From positions 496,001 to 560,000 of the forward strand of contig NIVC01000110.1 in the NCBI GenBank assembly GCA_002269645.1: DNA of 64,000 bases, written 5' to 3'. This document shows, piece after piece, positions 43,124 to 63,589 of the stretch. The translations under genes and the position numbers were made by a program. The stretch's first letter is position 1, and each line of letters opens with the position of its first letter. The notes beneath the pieces were generated by a model. The model had not been told where the DNA came from. It saw nothing but the letters and a program-made list of their open reading frames with translations, and did no database searches. The DNA is from Macrostomum lignano (lineage: Eukaryota).

Positions 43124-44108
43124 CTATTCGAGATCTGCTTTTGGTAATAGCAATCCATTGCCCATAACGTTTGAATTTAAGAAAATTCCTGAACCTGCTT
43201 TTGGTCTCATTTCGAGATATAATCCGCTTCCGTCGTGTTTTTCAATGATATTAAAATCTTTTCCTAATTTATTAAAAATTTTCTGAACAGCTGGTCTAAA
43301 ATTGGATCCAATATTGTCAAAAAATCCTTTAGCTTTCTCGCCCGTTTTTTCTAAAGTTTGACCAAATTCGTGTAGTTTATCTGCGACAACTCCACTTCCT
43401 TGGGTTGTTCCTTGTAAAAGTAAACCATTGCCATGATTTGATCCTTTTAGTATTAACCTTTTCCAGCTGATAACCTAGCTTCTGCATTTCTTTTTTGCTC
43501 AGCTGTTGCTGAACTACTATTAATTGTATCGATAAGTTTTTGTTTAAATTGTGCGTCCTGCGTTATTTGCTGTCTTTGAAATTCGGCCTCTCTTTTAGCT
43601 TTTTCGTCCGCAGCTTTTTTGTCATTTACTGCTTTTGCAATTCCAGCTGCTCCGCCAGCAACTCCTCCAGCTGCTCCAATTCCTGCAAAAATTATTGGGA
43701 GCAAAGCTGCAAGGGGCAAGATTCCCCCCTGTTTCGCTCTTAACTCTCCTAGCTGTTTTACATTATCATGAATTCTTTTTCCGGCTAAACCGACTGCTCC
43801 AGCTGCGCCAAGCCTAAAAGAAGCGGTAGAATGGGTAGTAATCCGCCGTCCTTTTTAGTGTGAGTCTCCATTAAAAATTTCACATCGGAGTCTGTCAACC
43901 TATAATTTCTGCCGCGATTCTTAAAGGATATTGGCCTTCCTTCTTGTGCATATTTTGCTGCGAGTTTAAATGTATCGATGTCGTAGTCAAACTTTTTACC
44001 TAATCGATCCAATCTTTTTAACATTGTGTGGCTATGTTTATTATCATCTAGATCTAAAGTATCTACAATTTCTCCTATAAAATATAAGCGGTCGTTATCT
44101 GTGTCCAT
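43124..44108 (-). CDS. Putative virion core/membrane-active precursor (~328 aa after two 1-nt corrections near 43810 and 43455)
   Basis: Reconstructed: DGG-LLPILPLLLGLGAAGAVG, QGG-ILPLAALLPIIFAGIGAAGGVAGG, GKG-L, GNG-L, GSG-V, GSG-L, GSG-I, GNG-L; stop TAG at 43126-43124. Confidence 0.7.
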
Positions 44109-44118
44109 TTTTATATTG

Positions 44119-44517
44119 TTAAAATTTCTTTAATCCTTTTCCACCTTTAATAGTATTTAACATTTTATTAAAATCCTGAATATCTTTATTACTTATTGGT
44201 GCGCTTTTCGTGGGGGTTTCTGTTGGTTGTGCGGCTTGTGCCAGCTTTAAATCTTTTATTGCATTTATTTGTGAGAGGGTGTCGTTAAAATCTCTCAATT
44301 TCTTTAGTTCTTCTGCCGCTCTAGCTGCTTCAATTCCTCCTTTTACAGCATTTGTTATAGAGCCTGCTGCAGAGCCAGCTTGCCCTATAAGCCCCATATT
44401 GTCTTTAACAAAATTTGCTGCTGTTCCAACCACATCAAAAAGCCCCTCACCTCGGTATTCAACTGGGTCTCCTACCTGCAATTCATTCAGATTTTGCATA
44501 TGTGTAACGTGTGTCAT
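44119..44517 (-). CDS. 132-aa putative virion protein with an amphipathic helix after GEG|L
   Basis: GEG-LFDVVGTAANFVKDNMGLIG; ends GGKG-LKKF. Confidence 0.7.
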   Translation of the reverse strand: MTHVTHMQNLNELQVGDPVEYRGEGLFDVVGTAANFVKDNMGLIGQAGSAAGSITNAVKGGIEAARAAEELKKLRDFNDTLSQINAIKDLKLAQAAQPTETPTKSAPISNKDIQDFNKMLNTIKGGKGLKKF

Positions 44518-44555
44518 TTTTTGTTCTATTTTTAGTAACAGAAAAAGATTGTCTG

Positions 44556-44653
44556 CATTCCATTTAGACCAGATTTTAGACCAAATTTTTGAAAACGAAA
44601 ACCAAAACGATAGTCTAGTTTTGTTTGGTCTAAAATCTGGTCTAAATGGAATG
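44556..44653. promoter_or_regulatory. Perfect 30-bp inverted repeat with 38-bp spacer, function unknown
   Basis: CATTCCATTTAGACCAGATTTTAGACCAAA at 44556-44585; exact reverse complement at 44624-44653. Confidence 0.6.
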
Positions 44654-44698
44654 TTGGGTGGGTAGGTGAGCTGACTATAAATAGCTTCTATTCTTTCC

Positions 44699-45006
44699 GA
44701 CCCTTCGCGCCTGCGGCGCGGGCAAGGGGTTATAGAGTAGTAGTATAGAAAAAGACGCTTCTAGATCAGACCTTATTTTAATGACCGTTTGTAAGGTCTT
44801 AAGAGGGGGGACGCGAGGGGGGTGTTGGGGAGTGTTTGGAAGTGTTGGGAAGTGATTTTTATTGTTAGGGGTGATTATGGGTGATTAGATGTGTTAATGG
44901 TGTTTAGATGTGTTTTTTTATTTACCCCCCGTGTCCCCCCTCTAGACCCTTAAAACGGTCATTAAAAAAGTGCTCTGGGTCTAGAAGCGTCTTTTTATAT
45001 ACTACT
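44699..45006 (-). repeat. Right terminal inverted repeat (308 bp)
   Basis: Reverse complement of 21805-22112. Confidence 0.97.
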
Positions 45007-45439
45007 TCCAATGTTGTTTCTTCTATTTCAAATTTCATTAATCGACTTAACAAACTTAACAAATTTGCGCCTTTCGCGGCTTTTGTTGCGTCTTTTTGCT
45101 TATATTTTGCAAATAGAAGCTATGATTGAACTGCTTGAACTTCCATTGGTATTGATTCAATTTAGATACTTAATACTTGATGGTGCTTTTTTAAGTGTAT
45201 TTTTCTCAGCGCATGGCGCACAAGTAATTTTTTTTTCTCGGCGCACGCGGCGCACAACAAAAATTTTGATGGATGTTATTCCGGCGCACACGCTGCACCT
45301 TCCTGACCATGGTATGTATGTACAATGTACAAGGCTTAATTATTCATATTCTATGTGAGTGAGTTAGGCCCTATTAATTAGTAAAAAACAAGCCTCAATT
45401 TGCTTTAGATTTTAATCAAACAAATGTAATAAAAATTCA

Positions 45440-45700
45440 TATCCTATATACTAAAAATGAGTTGTCTGTGGGTATGCGATAGATTTCAGAAAAATTGGCT
45501 CAACCGATTTTCTTCAAACTTGCACCATTCGATCAGAAATTTTCCTGGGACGGTACATGCATCGTGGCTAAGAAATTGCTCAATGTTAAAGGGATTAAAT
45601 ATTTGAAAAACATGCTTTTTTGCAAAGGTCAAGCAAAATTTTCGACTTGAAATGCATTGTAAGAATGCTAGAGAAAAAACTGACTGGCTGAATTCCGATT
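45440..45700 (+). mobile_element. Dispersed repeat, possibly a non-autonomous Helitron-like fragment
   Basis: Shared block with 13890-14100. Confidence 0.4.
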
Positions 45701-46039
45701 GTGATAAAGATTGCATCACAACAAGTTGAAAACAGTGTCAAAGAAATGCACACACGACTTGAATGAAATTGCGTAACCATATTGGCAACTTAAATTGAGA
45801 CTGATTCTGGCTGACTGAGAAATTGATTATGTCATAACTTTTTACTCCAATTGACTTGCTGTAAGAATTGAATTATAAGGGCCACAATTTTTATTCTCCA
45901 ATTGAAAAAGATAGCCCAGATGCGAACAGACTGGAATGCTAATGTAGCGACTTGGGTTCGAATCTTAGTAGGGCAAAAAAGATTTTTTTTTATTAAAACA
46001 CCTTAAAAACACAAAACTTCTAAACATAAAAGAAGCGCA

Positions 46040-49000
46040 ATGTCAAACATAGAAGAGCCACCATGTCGAACATAAAAGAGCTAACATATCGAATATTAAA
46101 GAGCCACCATGTCAAACCTAAACGAGCCACCATGTCTAATATTTAAGAGGCACCATTTAAAACATATAAGTGACTTTATGTCAAACATAAAAGAGCCACC
46201 ATTTCGAACATTAAACAGCCACCATTTCGAAATTAAAGAGCCACCATGTCGAAAATAAAAGAGCCACTATTTCGAACATTAAAGAGCCACTATGTCAAAC
46301 ATTTAGGAGCCACTTTTTCGAACATTAAAGAGCCACCATATCGAACATAAAAGAGCCACTATTTTAAACATTAAAGAGCCACCATTTCGAACATAAAAGA
46401 GCCACCATGTCTATCATTAAAGAGCCACCATGTCAAACATTCAAAAGCCACATTGTCAAACATTAAAGAGCCACTATGGCAAACATTTAGGAGCCACTTT
46501 GTCGAACATTAAAGAGCCACCATGTCAAACATAAAAGAGCCAACATGTCAGACTTTAAAAAAGCCACCGTATTAAATATAAAAGAGTTACCATGTAGAAC
46601 AAAAAAGAGCCACCATTTCGAACAAAAACGAGCCACCATGTCAAACATTCAAAAGCCACATTGTCGAACATTGAAGAGCCACCATGTCAAACATTAAAGA
46701 GCCACCACGTCAAACCTAAACGAGCCACCATGTCTAATATTTAAGAGGCACCATGTAAAGTATATAAGTGACTTTATGTCAAACATAAAAGAGCCACCAT
46801 TTCTAACATTAAACAGCCACCATGTCGAAAATAAAAGAGTCACTATTTCGAACATCAAAGAGCCACTATGTCAAACATTTAGGAGCCACTTTTTCGAACA
46901 TTAAAGAGCCACCATGTCAAACATAAAAGAGCCAACATGTCAAACATAAAAGAGCCAACATGTCAAACATAAAGAGCCACCATGTCAAACATTTAAGAGC
47001 CACCATGTCAAACATATATGTGACTTTGTGTTAAACATTAAAGAGCCACCATTTCGAACATTAAAGAGCCACCATGTCAAACATGAAAGAGCTATAACAT
47101 GAAGAATATTAAAGAGCCACCATGTCGAACATAAAAGAGCTGCCATGTAAAATAACAAAGAGCTACCAAGTTAAACATAAAAGAGCCACCATTTCGAACA
47201 TTAAAGAGCCACCATGTGAAACATTAAAGAGCCACCATGTTAAACATTTAAGAGCCTTCGTGTCAAACCTAGAAGAGCCACCATGTCGAACATAACAGAG
47301 CTACCATGTCAAACATTAAAGAGCCACCATGTCAAACATTCAAAAGCCACATTGTCAAACATTGAAGAGCCACTATTTCAAACATTTAGGAGCCACTTTG
47401 TCGAACATTAAAGAGCCACCATGTCAAACATAAAAGAGCCAACATGTCAGACATTAAAAAAGCCACCGTATCAAATAAAAAGAGTTAACATGTAGAACAA
47501 AAAAGAGCCACCATTTCGAACATAAAAGAGCCAACATGTCAAACATAAAGAGCCACCATGTCAAACATTTAAGAGCCACCATGTCAAACATATATGTGAC
47601 TTTATGTCAAACATTAAAGAGCCACCATTTCGGACATAACAGAGCTACCATGTCAAACATTAAAGAGCCACCATGTCGAACATAAAAGAGCAACCATGTA
47701 AAACATTAAAGAGCCACCATGTCAAACATTAAAGAGCCACCATGTCGAACATTAAAGAGCCACCATGTCAAACCTAAAAGAGCCACCATGTCGACCATAA
47801 AAGAGTCACTATTTCGAACATTAAATATCCACCATGTCAAACATAAAAGAGCCAACATGTCAAACATAAAAGAGCCAACATGTCAAACATAAAGAGCCAC
47901 CATGTCGAAAATGAAAGAGCCACTATTTCGAACATTAAAGAGCCACCATTTCGAACATAAAGAGCCACCATGTCGACCATAAAAGAGCCACTATTTCGAA
48001 CATTAAAGATCCACCATGTCAAACATAAAAGAGCCAACATGTCAAACATAAAAGAGCCAACATGTCAAACATAAAGAGCCACCATTTCGAACATTAAAGA
48101 GCCACCATTTCGAACATTAAAGAGCCACCATTTCGAACAATAAAGAGCCACCATGTCAAACATGAAAGAGCTATAACATGAAGAATATTAAAGAGCCACC
48201 ATGTCGAACATTAAAGAGCCACCATGTCGAACATTTAAGAGCCACCATGTTAAACCTAAAAGAGCCACCATGTTAAACCTAAAAGAGCCACCATGTTAAA
48301 CCTAAAAGAGCCATCATGTCAAACCTAAAAGAGCCACCATGTCGAACACTTAAGAGCCACAATGTAAAATATTAAAGAGCCACCATTTCGAACATATAAG
48401 TGACTTTATGTCAAACATTAAAGAGCCACCATGTAAAACAAAAGAGCCACCATTTCGAACATTAAAGAGCCACCATGTCAAACATTTAAGAGCCACCATG
48501 TTAAACATAAAAGAGCCACCATGTAGAATATTAAAGAGCCACTATGTTGAACATTAAACAGCCATCATGTCAAACCTAAAAGATCCACAATTTCGAACAC
48601 TTAAGAGCCACAATGTAGAATATTAAAGAGCTACCATGTCAAACATTTAAGAGCCACCATGTCAAACATTTAAGAGCCACCATGTAAAACATTAAAGAGC
48701 CACCATTTGAAACATTAAAGAGTCACCATGTCAAACATTTAAGAGCCACCATGTCAAACATTTAAGAGCCACCATGTCAAACATTTAAGAGCCACCATGT
48801 CAAACCTAAAAGAGCCACCATGTCAAACCTAAAAGAGCCACCATGTCGAACATAAAAGAGCTATACCATGAAAAACATTAAAAAGCCACTTTCTCGAACA
48901 TTAAAGAGCCACCATGTCAAACATTTAAGAGCCACCATGTCAAACATTTAAGAGCCACCATGTCAAACCTAAAAGAGCCACCATGTCAAACCTAAAAGAG

Positions 49001-49345
49001 CCACCATGTCGAACATAAAAGAGCTATACCATGAAAAACATTAAAGAGCCACTTTCTCGAACATTAAGGAGCCACCATGTCAAACATTTAAAAGCCACCT
49101 TGTCAAACATTAAATAGCCACTTTGTCGAACATTAAAGAGTCACTGTGTCAAACATAAAAGAGCCACTGTTTCAAACATAAAAGAGCCACCAGGTTAAAC
49201 ATTAAAGAGCCACCATGTAAAACATAAAAGAGCCACCATGTCTGACATTAAAAAGCCATCGTTTCAAACATAAAACAGTTGCCATGTAGAACTTAAAACA
49301 GCCACCATGTCAAACATAAAATTTACACAATTTCAAACATAAAAG
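46040..49345. repeat. ~22-bp satellite (AAAGAGCCACCATGTCAAACAT[T/A])n
   Basis: Directly visible, diverged units. Confidence 0.95.
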
Positions 49346-49414
49346 TAAGCGAATTTTAAAGGAGCCACTATAATGCTAAGGAAATTATCGCACTAGCTAC
49401 TTATTGTCTGGTGG

Positions 49415-49805
49415 ATGCTTGCTATTTGGGGATGCTATCTATGTAGGGGATGCTTGCTATCTGGCGGATGCTTGCTATCTGGGGGATGCTTGCTATCTGG
49501 GGGATGCTTGCTATCTGGGGGTTGCTTGTAATCTGGAAGATGCTTGCTATCTGGCGGATGCTTGCTATCTGGGGATGCTTGCTATCTGGGGGATGCTTGC
49601 TATCTGGGGATGCTTGCTATCTGGGGGTTGCTTGTAATCTGGAAGATGCTTGCTATCTGGCGGATGCTTGCTATCTGGAAGATGCTTGCTATCTGGCGGA
49701 TGCTTGCTATCTGGGGGATGCTTGCTATCTGGGGGATGCTTGCTATCTGGGGGTTGCTTGTAATCTGGAAGATGCTTGCTATCTGGGGGATGCTTGCTGT
49801 CTTGG
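49415..49805. repeat. ~18-bp minisatellite (GATGCTTGCTATCTGGGG)n
   Basis: Directly visible. Confidence 0.9.
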
Positions 49806-52800
49806 GATGATTTCTTTTTGCATTGCACTTCCTTTGAGTATTTTGTCTGTTTTTTTTTGTGAAGGCCTTTTTTGGCTATCTTTTTGTTACTTGTAGAGAA
49901 CAGAGGTTCTATACAGATGTCCCCCAACGGGGGGCGAAGATTGCTAGTTTTTTCTAAAAGCAAAAAACCATAAAACCCAAGGCAAGTGCCAAGTTGAAAA
50001 CCTAAATACCCTAATAAGCAACATTTTGTTATTACTTATGAATACTTTTTTATTATCATTATTAATGAAAAAATAGAAGAAACCTAACTTACCAGGCCTG
50101 CAATGTTCTTCGATTCTAGGCCCTAACCTTTAACCAATACGGCAATAGGCCTAACCAAATCTATTACTGTGTTGAAGCTGACAAAACACTCTATCTTTCA
50201 ATTGCTCTATTCCTTGTTCTAAGTTAAGCATTTGCAGAGCAGACTTCATTCTCAGGCAGGGCTGACCCAAGGTAGGCACTTCAGTGAGAAAATTAAATTT
50301 CAGAAATTGTTATAGGCTGCTATTTCACTAGATAGATCTTACTTTCCCATTTCCAAAATGGCCAAACTTTAGTGATTTGGTTGAGTAATAAGGAAACTAC
50401 AGCTATTTTAGTAACCCCGATTTGTGCCTTTAGCCAATGGAATTTTTACATTACGGTTTGTGATCATTTTTCGCCAAAAAGTTGGCTTTTTGTCTTTGAA
50501 CACTTGTAATTAATTTTCTAGCCAACCAAAATGACTGTGCTTGGTGTCATTTTGTTCAGTTTTTTAGTGTTAATTGTATGAATTATATATTTTAATATTA
50601 TTTTATATGCCCAAGTTGCTAAGCTAATTGAAACAGGATGGGTGTATGAAATTTTGACTATTTTAACCAGATACGCAATGATTGCAATTTTAAAAATACA
50701 ATAGCATCTGTTCTGCTTGCTTAATTTATACAAGGCTAGTGTCATTTTGTTCAGGTTTTTACCTACTATAATACTATTCTACTTCTTGCCCTAAATTTTT
50801 AATGCATGACAGACACCCCAACTGCAATGTAATGTGCTGTACAGGCTTTGCGCATGGGTTTATTAAAAAACGGTTTTGCCTATCGTGTTCAGCATAGCAG
50901 AATTAGTTAAATGACACAGAGAACTAGTTTGCCGGAAGGCAGAGTCTCACAAAAAACACGAAATACACGTTTCAATGGGTATTTTACATGTAAACGTATC
51001 AAAAAAAGAAACCTCCACAAAATTTTTGCGCCTATAGCTATTGGCAAGCGGTTTTTTTTACTGTGCTTGTATTGTCAATAGGTAATGAAAAATATAAAGA
51101 GAAACAATGCAGGAAAAGCATTTCATGGAAAATTTTGGATTTGAAATTTTGCATAGAGCCATATGGGCATTAAAAGAAAAAAAAATTTTTTTTAACACCA
51201 GAAAAATGTTTCTAAATTATCCCTTTACACTATAAAACCTTTGTTTCCATTATAAGAAACACATTGCAGCTAAGAAAAAGCATTTTCTGAACCACTGTTT
51301 TTTTATTCATTTTGGCTTCAATTTTATATTCCTCCTAAAAAATGGTCAACTTTAAAAATAGACAGTGCAAAAAGTATAACAAAGCTAGACTTGCAGTTGG
51401 TGTCATTTGAAAGAGCTCCTTTTTACCTTTTAAATGCATATTTTACTTTCATCCTGGCTTCTATAGTTTCTTTAAAATCGCCCTTGAAAAATTGGACTTT
51501 TTTCTTACTTTTTTGCCATTGGCACGCACTTCTTATAACTCACTGAAGTCCCTACCCAAGGCTAGCCCAAAGGTGGACCACGGCAATTCCATAGTAAACC
51601 CACGGAATAGATTTAAGTCACGGAACATGAAAAATTATATTTTGGTGTTTGAAAATGAATTTTTTCTATATCATAAAAATCTCTATAAATATGTTATTTA
51701 TAACTATTTTTAAATACTAAAACTTTAATAACTTAAAAATGCCTAAAGTTCTAGAAAATAGAGGTATCTTTTTTATAATATGTACTAAAAAAGTGTTTAG
51801 TTTAAGATTACCTGTTTCTAAGAAAGTGATTTTATAAGTAGATTTATGTGCAATTCAGTGGTTGATAGACCTTGTTTTTGTTTTTAAGCAGCACATGTGT
51901 CATATTCGTAGTCGCTTCGCAGGTAAAAGTAACAGTATTTTTTATCCGGTTTTACTAGTATTCATCAGCTGTCCTTAATTAATAGTGGCAACCATAATAA
52001 GCAAAATTATAATGAACTCATTTTTTTAGCACAATTATAATAATTTTGTTTTTCCTGATGTCTTTAACTTTTTTTAAAAAAGACATTGTCAAATTGTCCA
52101 GGGTCAATGTTTTTCTTCCAATTTTAAATTGAATATTTTGCATTCATTTGTAGTGGCTGATTTTGATGGGTGGGGGAAGTGCTATAATAATTTTTAAGGT
52201 AGAAAATACACGTTATTGGGCCTTATATAGTATATATAAATTGGCATATAGTATAAATCTCCTAGTTTGCTGTGTTAAATTTTTTTTAGTTTTTTTTACA
52301 AATGGTTGAAACTGGCAGAATACAAGTAGCAGGTATATTATTATAAATGCCAAGTAAGTATTAGATCAGATAATAATAAAAGTGAACCATGCCACTGCCA
52401 TTGGAAGTTTCCAAAATGACAGTGTCAAAGACCTTTTCTAGAAACATGTGGTGCCATAGATGTTTATGAAGTATTTGTTCATTGACATCTCATTGGAAAC
52501 TAGTTACTTTGGTGACAATTTGGTGATAGTCACTTTAATGACATCCATTTTGATTTTGGTAACAGGTTAGGCCTACTATAGTCCATTTTGCGGATGGTGG
52601 GGTGTATGTTAGAAAATTCCGGCATACACTTGATTTTCTTGGCATTCACCAGCATACATTTCTTGGCTGTGTACAGTGTGGCATATAGTGTGGTGTATGG
52701 TGACTGGCATAGAAATTAATATAAAGAATTTTTTGTGCTTTTTCTGTGTTAAGTTATTTCAAAAACCATTTTTTCTGCTACTATTTTCTCATTTACCAAT

Positions 52801-53256
52801 CATTTTAATTACCGGAATTGTTACAACATCGTCATGTCATTATCAATTTTTGTAGTTTAAATTTAAATTTAAATATTCATTAATTTTTTTATCATTTTTA
52901 AGTTGGCATACATTTAAAATCTGTTGTTATACAATTGAAAATTCAATAAAAATGTGTCCAGCATACACAGAAAACCTTACGCAATATAGACTATAGTGAC
53001 AAATGTATATCTAGGTAGGGGCCTAATCTGGCTAGCAGAAATGTTTTTAGGACATTTTGTCAAAAAATTAAAGTCAATTTTAAATTTAGGTTAAAATATT
53101 TGGTTGGGGAGAAAGTTCCCGCGGTTTCTAGAACTTTCAATCTAAGAACTTTCTAGAACATTCCAGAGCCCAGCTGTGTGGGTATATATTGAGAGTGGGT
53201 ATGTGTGATTCTAACATGCTATTTAAACCAGAGATTACTCACTAGTCACCAGCATT

Positions 53257-54942
53257 ATGGATCTCTCTTGGGCCTATATTTGTGGTCTCCTGCTCTATGA
53301 CTTCAAATCTGGACTGTCAGCCGTAGAATCCAGCTGCCGCATCAACGCTACATTTGGTGTGGGTACCATGCCTGAATGCACCACCCAGGACTGGTTTGCG
53401 TAGTTTTGCCAGGAAATTTTAACCTCGAAGATTTGCCCTAGTCAGGTCGTCCCTCCAAGGTTGATGATGACTAGCTGCGCACATTTTTAGAGGCTGACCC
53501 TCGGCAAACCACGCGTGAGTTAGCGCAGGTCCTTGATGTAGACCATAAAATGGTCACCAGTCATTTGCATCAGCTGGGCAAAGTGTACAAGCTGGCACAA
53601 TGGGTACCCCACCAATTGTCAGATTGGGACAAGGAACGCAAGGCAGAGGTAGCCACTTCTCTCCTCTCCTACAGGCGCATGCACAACTAGTTGAAGTCCA
53701 TTGTTATGGGTGATGAAAAGTGGTGCCTGTACATCAACATCAAATGTTGACGATAATAGGTTGATGCTGACGCGACGCCTGAGCTGCAGCCAAAGGCCGG
53801 AATCCACCCACACAAGGTCATGCTCTGCGTGTGGTGGGACTGCAAGGGCGTCATCTACTACAAATGGCTACCAGACATTTCCCCTCCGGCAATTCCCCTC
53901 TAGACATTTCCCCTTGGTGGCATTTCCCCTCTGGACATTTCCCCTCAGCGGCGTTTCCCCTCTGGACATTTCCCCTCAGCGGCATTTCCCCTCCGGACAT
54001 TTCCCATCAGCTATAACAAAATAACAGAGCTTTAGAACATGCCAAAAAGAAGTTTTGCATGCATGTACGTCACATCCATGTAGTTATGCTGTTAGATTGC
54101 TTTTATTGTGAGAGTAGATGGTTTTATTATGTTTTATTAAAGGTTTTATTATAATAAAATTATAATATAAAATATTATTCTCTTTATTATTAATATATAA
54201 AAAATTTTTATATATTATTATTATGTTATTATATTATTTTGTATATTATTATTTTTATACTATAATATTATAATATTATTATATTATTACATTTATATAT
54301 ATACTTATATACATTTATATATATACATGCAACTTATGTTCTCTTTGGACATGTCCGAAGGCACTGTTATTTTGTTATAGATGAAGGGGAAATGTCTGGA
54401 GGGGAAATGTCCAGAGGGGAAAAGTCCCTGAGGGGAAATGTCCAGAGGGGAAAAGTCCCTGAGGGGAAATATCCCTGAGGGGAAGTGTCCGGAGGGGAAA
54501 CGCCGGAGGGGAAATGTCCGTAAGTGACTACAAACTGCTGCCACCCAGCACATTGATTATGGCCAAGCTATACTGCCAACAGCTGGATCAATTGGCTGCC
54601 GCCATCGCACAGAAGCATTTGAACCATGGCCTAGTACGATTCCTTCATGATAACGCTTGTCCACACACTGCTAAGGTGACTTGCCAAAAGCTACTGGACC
54701 TTAGCTGGGAATTGGTGCCCCATCCACTGTATTCACCAGACTTGGCACCAAGTGACTATCACTTGTTTTTGTCTCTGGCCAATGCCTTGAACAACAAAAC
54801 CTTTGCTGATGATGAAGAGCTCAATAACTGGCTGAACAACTTTTTCACTTCAAAGCCAGAGAAATTTTATAGTGACGGTATTATGAGTCTGCCTGAAAAA
54901 TGGCAGGTGATCAATTGTGATAGTGATTATTTTGTTTCTTAA
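53257..54942 (+). pseudogene. Mariner transposase pseudogene
   Basis: LLYDFKSG, MGDEKW, FLHDNACPH, YSPDLAPSDYHLF; in-frame stops, frameshifts and a MITE insertion. Confidence 0.9.
53865..54526. mobile_element. MITE with GGACATTTCCCC subterminal repeats inserted in the mariner transposase
   Basis: 8-bp TSD ACTACAAA at 53857-53864 and 54527-54534; inverted repeat arrays around an AT-rich core. Confidence 0.8.
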
Positions 54943-55896
54943 TTGGCTTTTTGTTTTTAAAAAACTCAGTTTGACAGAAAGTTCTAGAAACCATGGGAAC
55001 TTTCTCCCCAACCGAATAGTTTTCTTAGTAATTATTTAAATGTCTTGCTAAGTTAAAATAAAAAATATATTTAAGGGACCTTATTATTTTTGTTTAAGCA
55101 AAAGGGTTTCTAAGAAATAAGCATAGGCTAAAAATAAATCCAACTCTTAATCTAACTTATGGTTTTCCGTTTATATCTTAGCTTTGCCTTTATACATACA
55201 GATATGCCTAGTGTTTTATATTTCTTATTTTATAAGCTTTTGACAATTTCTATTTTTGATAAAATAAGGAAATATAAAAGTAAATAACATTTTTCTAAGA
55301 AGCACTTTGTTTTGAAAAGAAATCTTTTAAAAATACATGCTTTTTCTTAGAAACATCTCAATTTAAACAAGCAAGAAGCAGTATACTTTCTTTTCAAAAC
55401 TGACCTATTTAAGCAAGGCATTAAATTACAAGCATCTCATCTAGAATATTTATTTCAGCTTGAATGGAAAATTATGCACACATTTGGCACCAAAGTAACC
55501 TATGACCAAAATGGATAATTACCAAATTGACTCGGCCTATCACTAAAATAACCATAATTCATCTCATTGGCCATTAGCAGTACAAGTTCCTTTATGCTTA
55601 TATGCTTAACTTTGGAAATGCAGTAACAAATTTAGCTACTTTAAAAAGTGAATTTTAAGTTTGATTTTAAAAGAAATTTTTATTCATTTTATAACTTTTT
55701 TGTAATAGAAACAAATAGAAATTTATTTTTATATTAAACATTAGGCCAATAAATACAATTTATTTGTTTATATGTGTTTCTAGTTTATCTTGATACAGTT
55801 ATTGTTATTATAAAGGTGTTTATTTTATAAATAACTGACTTCAATGCATGCACAAAGTCTGTCACCTTCTGCAAACAGATCTCGCCAATTTCACCA

Positions 55897-63585
<7,689 letters not shown>

Positions 63586-63589
63586 GTGA

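Larger units (their letters stand above)
21805..45006. mobile_element. Polinton/Maverick (adintovirus-like endogenous virus), 23.2 kb including a 5.3-kb internal duplication
   Basis: Termini AGTAGT / ACTACT, 308-bp TIRs, 6-bp TSD TCCAAT (21799-21804 and 45007-45012); pPolB, integrase, MCP, mCP, ATPase and protease genes. Confidence 0.98.
19886..45312. mobile_element. Small GGCGCA-rich MITE split by later insertions (left part 19886-20042, right part 45209-45312)
   Basis: Ends CCACAGCCAGGAAG and CTTCCTGACCATGG (11/14 inverted match); 8-bp TSD TATGTATG at 19878-19885 and 45313-45320; both halves are rich in GGCGCA. Confidence 0.55.
53099..55016 (+). mobile_element. Mariner (Tc1/mariner, DD34D-type) transposon, decayed
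   Basis: ~40-bp TIRs TT(T/C)GGTTGGGGAGAAAGTTCCC..GGTTTCTAGAACTTTC; TA TSD at 53097-53098 and 55017-55018. Confidence 0.92.

Noticed and set aside
45013-45208. Right flank as the continuation of the LINE reverse transcriptase
   Set aside because: The in-frame translation across the TSD (LLFAKYKQKD...EETT) lacks the expected QG..LSP motif and stops after 36 codons; its origin is unresolved.
45930-45990. tRNA gene (GGTTCGAATC B-box)
   Set aside because: No cloverleaf can be drawn; at most a SINE remnant.
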